Positions 61,509-64,000 of a stretch of DNA of 64,000 nt are shown piece after piece (position 1 is the first letter of the stretch; every line of letters starts with the position of its first letter). A program made the translations under genes and the position numbers. Origin of the DNA: Blepharisma stoltei ATCC 30299 (Eukaryota; Protista; Ciliophora); NCBI GenBank assembly GCA_965603825.1, contig CBFDEM010000014.1, positions 62,001 to 126,000 of the forward strand. Direction: 5' to 3'. The notes under the pieces were generated by a model. It was not told the DNA's origin, did no database searches, and saw nothing but the letters and a program-made list of their open reading frames with translations.

Positions 61509-64000
61509 ATGAGTTATTCTGAAATTTGTGACAAATTCGACTCAATTGCAGCTAATCTCAAAAAAGGAACACAAGTGGTATCAGCAATTCACGTTTTCTT
61601 TAAAGGTTTTAAGAAAAACCTTGACTCTTTTAACCAGCAGCTGCAGAAACTATCAGAAGGTCTTTTTGCAGATCTCCCAAAAGAAGGAAACACAGACACT
61701 TTGTCAGGGGCTTTAAATGAGCTGACCACTTATATGAAGCTGCATATACAGACTCAGGTTCAGTTGTCGAAAAACGTGCAGATTGATATAATTGAGCCTT
61801 TAGAGCTGTTTTTAGAACATTTCACCACTACAAATTCAAGCTTGGTAAGCAGAGGGTCAATTGCGGCAAAGGACCTTGCGAAATCAACTGAAAAAGTACA
61901 AAAAACCAAAAAAAGTTATATTGAGTCTGCAAAATTAGCAGAGAGGTCAGAGCAAATGATTGCTGAAGAAGACACTAGAGAAAAGCAAGACAAAGCTTTA
62001 AGGCTAGCTCTTTATAATAGAATGCTTGCTAATAAAGCTTCAGAAAATTATACAAAAGCCCATGAAGAAATGAACACTTCTTGGGAATTTTTTGATGCAG
62101 AAATGCCAGAGGTGATGGAATTTATTCAACAAAATGAAGAAAGCCGCATTCATTTTTTGAAATATACGTTTGATAAATATATCAGGCATTATAAATCTTA
62201 TTTTACAGTAATTGATGAGGCTTTAGATGATTTCAGCGCAGTTTCAAGTAAAATTAATAGTTCAATTGACGTCAAAATTTTTGTGGAAAATTTAAAAACG
62301 GAGCCACAAAAACGTGAAGAGATGGTGTCATATGAGCGCTGAAAAGAAATCCAGAAAGAAAAAAGCAAGCAAGAAGAAACCCAAAAAGAGCCAGAAATAA
62401 CGACAGAACTCCTAATAAAAATCCTTAATTTCTTGACAAATAATGACAGTAGCCCAGAAGATTGAATTGAGGTGGCATCAAAAGATTCTTCTAAGCCAGA
62501 AGACCTAGACCCTGTCTATTTTGGAAGAATTTCTAATGTTTTCCACACCCCAGAAGGTCGAACACTATTTTGTGATTCTCTAGAAAGCTTAAAACATAAA
62601 AGCTCACTAACTCCGACAAAAATTTTACAGTTGGCAGCAATAATTACGTCTCTTTTAACTGTTATTATGATGGAGGAAGACCACGACACAATTGTTTTCT
62701 GTAAACTTGTTGTACTTTCACACATATTTTATACAGAAGATGAACAAGGGAAACGAGTTTATTTATCTGAGTATATATCGTCTCATAATATATGGCATGA
62801 TAAAGAGAGGTGGGTCGAAGCCATTGAGTGTGGTATTTCTGCAAAAATTTCAGCTGACAAAGATAATTTGCAAAAATATCATTCTTTAAAGAAAAAAGGG
62901 AATAATTTATTTGGAATTTTAAAAGGAATAAAAAATAAGTTTCCACAGAAAATTGCAGAAAATGAGCATATAATAAAATCTGCTGCAGTAATGATTATTA
63001 GCCAGTTCAGCTTCCACATGATTCATTTAGGAATTCCTTTTGAGACTGCTAATGCAGTCATTTTAAAATGCTGCCAGAAAGTAAATCTTGATACTGATAG
63101 AACATGTGTTTTATTAGCTGAGCTGCAAGCGAATCAAAGGATGAATTTGCAAGTTGAAGATGAATGAAAAAGATCATTAAGAAACCGTGAAAAAGAAAGG
63201 GAAATCTGGAACGGTCTCCTACCTATTGGGCTAGCCTTAGATTATTTAAATCACTCTGAAAGCTTTATATTACTACAAGTATGCAAAAAATGAAATAAAA
63301 AATTCTATGTCCCAATCCTAAAAAAGTGACTGTCAGAAGCTGAAGAATCTGCCCAAAAAATTCGAAGCAAAGCCTGAATTGAGCTATTGAGAGACCATAT
63401 GCCACCCATTGAATATCAAGCATTTGTTCAAAGAATTACGTCAGAGCCAAGCATGATTAGCGAATTAGAAGAAATTATCAACATGGATGTATTGAGAAGT
63501 TATAAAGATTCTCTTGTCAACCCAAATTCCCTTAAAAATCTGCTAAAAACATATGCATTTTATAACCCAGAAGTAGGGTATTGCCAAGGGATGAACTATA
63601 TAGCAGGTACTTTACTTATTCAGCTTCAAGATGAAGAAATGAGCTTTAAATGTTTTGCAGCACTTATTAAGAGGTTTAACATGACAAATATTTTTATAGA
63701 TGATTTACCAAAACTAAGGCAATTTTTCTATATGTTAGATCGATTAACAGGACTTTTATTACCAGAAGTCTACGAATTTTTCATGGAAGCTGGGATCACT
63801 TCAGCCCATTTCAGCTCTCCTTGGTTTATTACATTATACGCCAACATTTTGCAGCACAAATCACACATTTTAATCAAGCTTTGGGACTTGTTTTTCCAAA
63901 AAGGCTGGAAAATCATTTTTAAAGCTGCAATAGCCATTTTAAGCAGAATGTCCAGGGAATTAATAGGAACTCGGTACGAAAACGTTATGTCTGTGCTGAC
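61509..64000 (+). CDS. F-BAR + helical SBF2-like region + F-box-like motif + TBC Rab-GAP protein, 3'-truncated by the window
   Basis: F-BAR features (CDKFD.I, IIEPL..F, IQQNEESRI.FLK). TBC features (RSKA-W, INMDVLRSY, L.TYA.YNPEVGYCQGMNYIAG, PWFITLY, LWDLFF.KGWKIIFK). The frame is open across TGA codons. Confidence 0.88.

Overview
This is gene-dense, AT-rich eukaryotic DNA. It looks like the macronuclear genome of a heterotrich ciliate of the Blepharisma type, which I infer from the genetic code and intron size. Two properties explain most of the fragmented ORF track. First, TGA is read as Trp: it swaps with TGG between paralogues, it sits at invariant Trp positions of MYND, PH, IQ, START, MFS and TKI1/Cramped motifs, and every complete gene ends in TAA or TAG. 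Second, there are 15-nt GT..AG introns, all with A at position 10. Re-reading this way gives about 40 protein-coding genes. They include a kinesin, DPM1, an ankyrin-DHHC palmitoyltransferase, a RING-H2 protein, a 2085-aa CCDC162-like protein, NF-YC, RPS14, a MYND-PDK1-like kinase, HACL1, ADO/PCO, eEFSec, a MICU-like protein, LKR, an MGT-type UGT, a PX-START protein, CDPK7-like and NEK kinases, DMT and MFS transporters, a BPI/LBP protein and an F-BAR/TBC protein. Highlights: a selenocysteine elongation factor in a UGA=Trp genome; a tandem pair of secreted three-blade RSL/AAL-type fucose-lectin proteins with acidic pro-regions; a ~2.2-kb tandem duplication whose genes have diverged asymmetrically; probable decayed non-LTR retrotransposon fragments; and extremely short spacing between genes. 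No rRNA, tRNA, CRISPR or telomeric array was recognised. All family calls are by eye from remembered motifs; no database searches were run.
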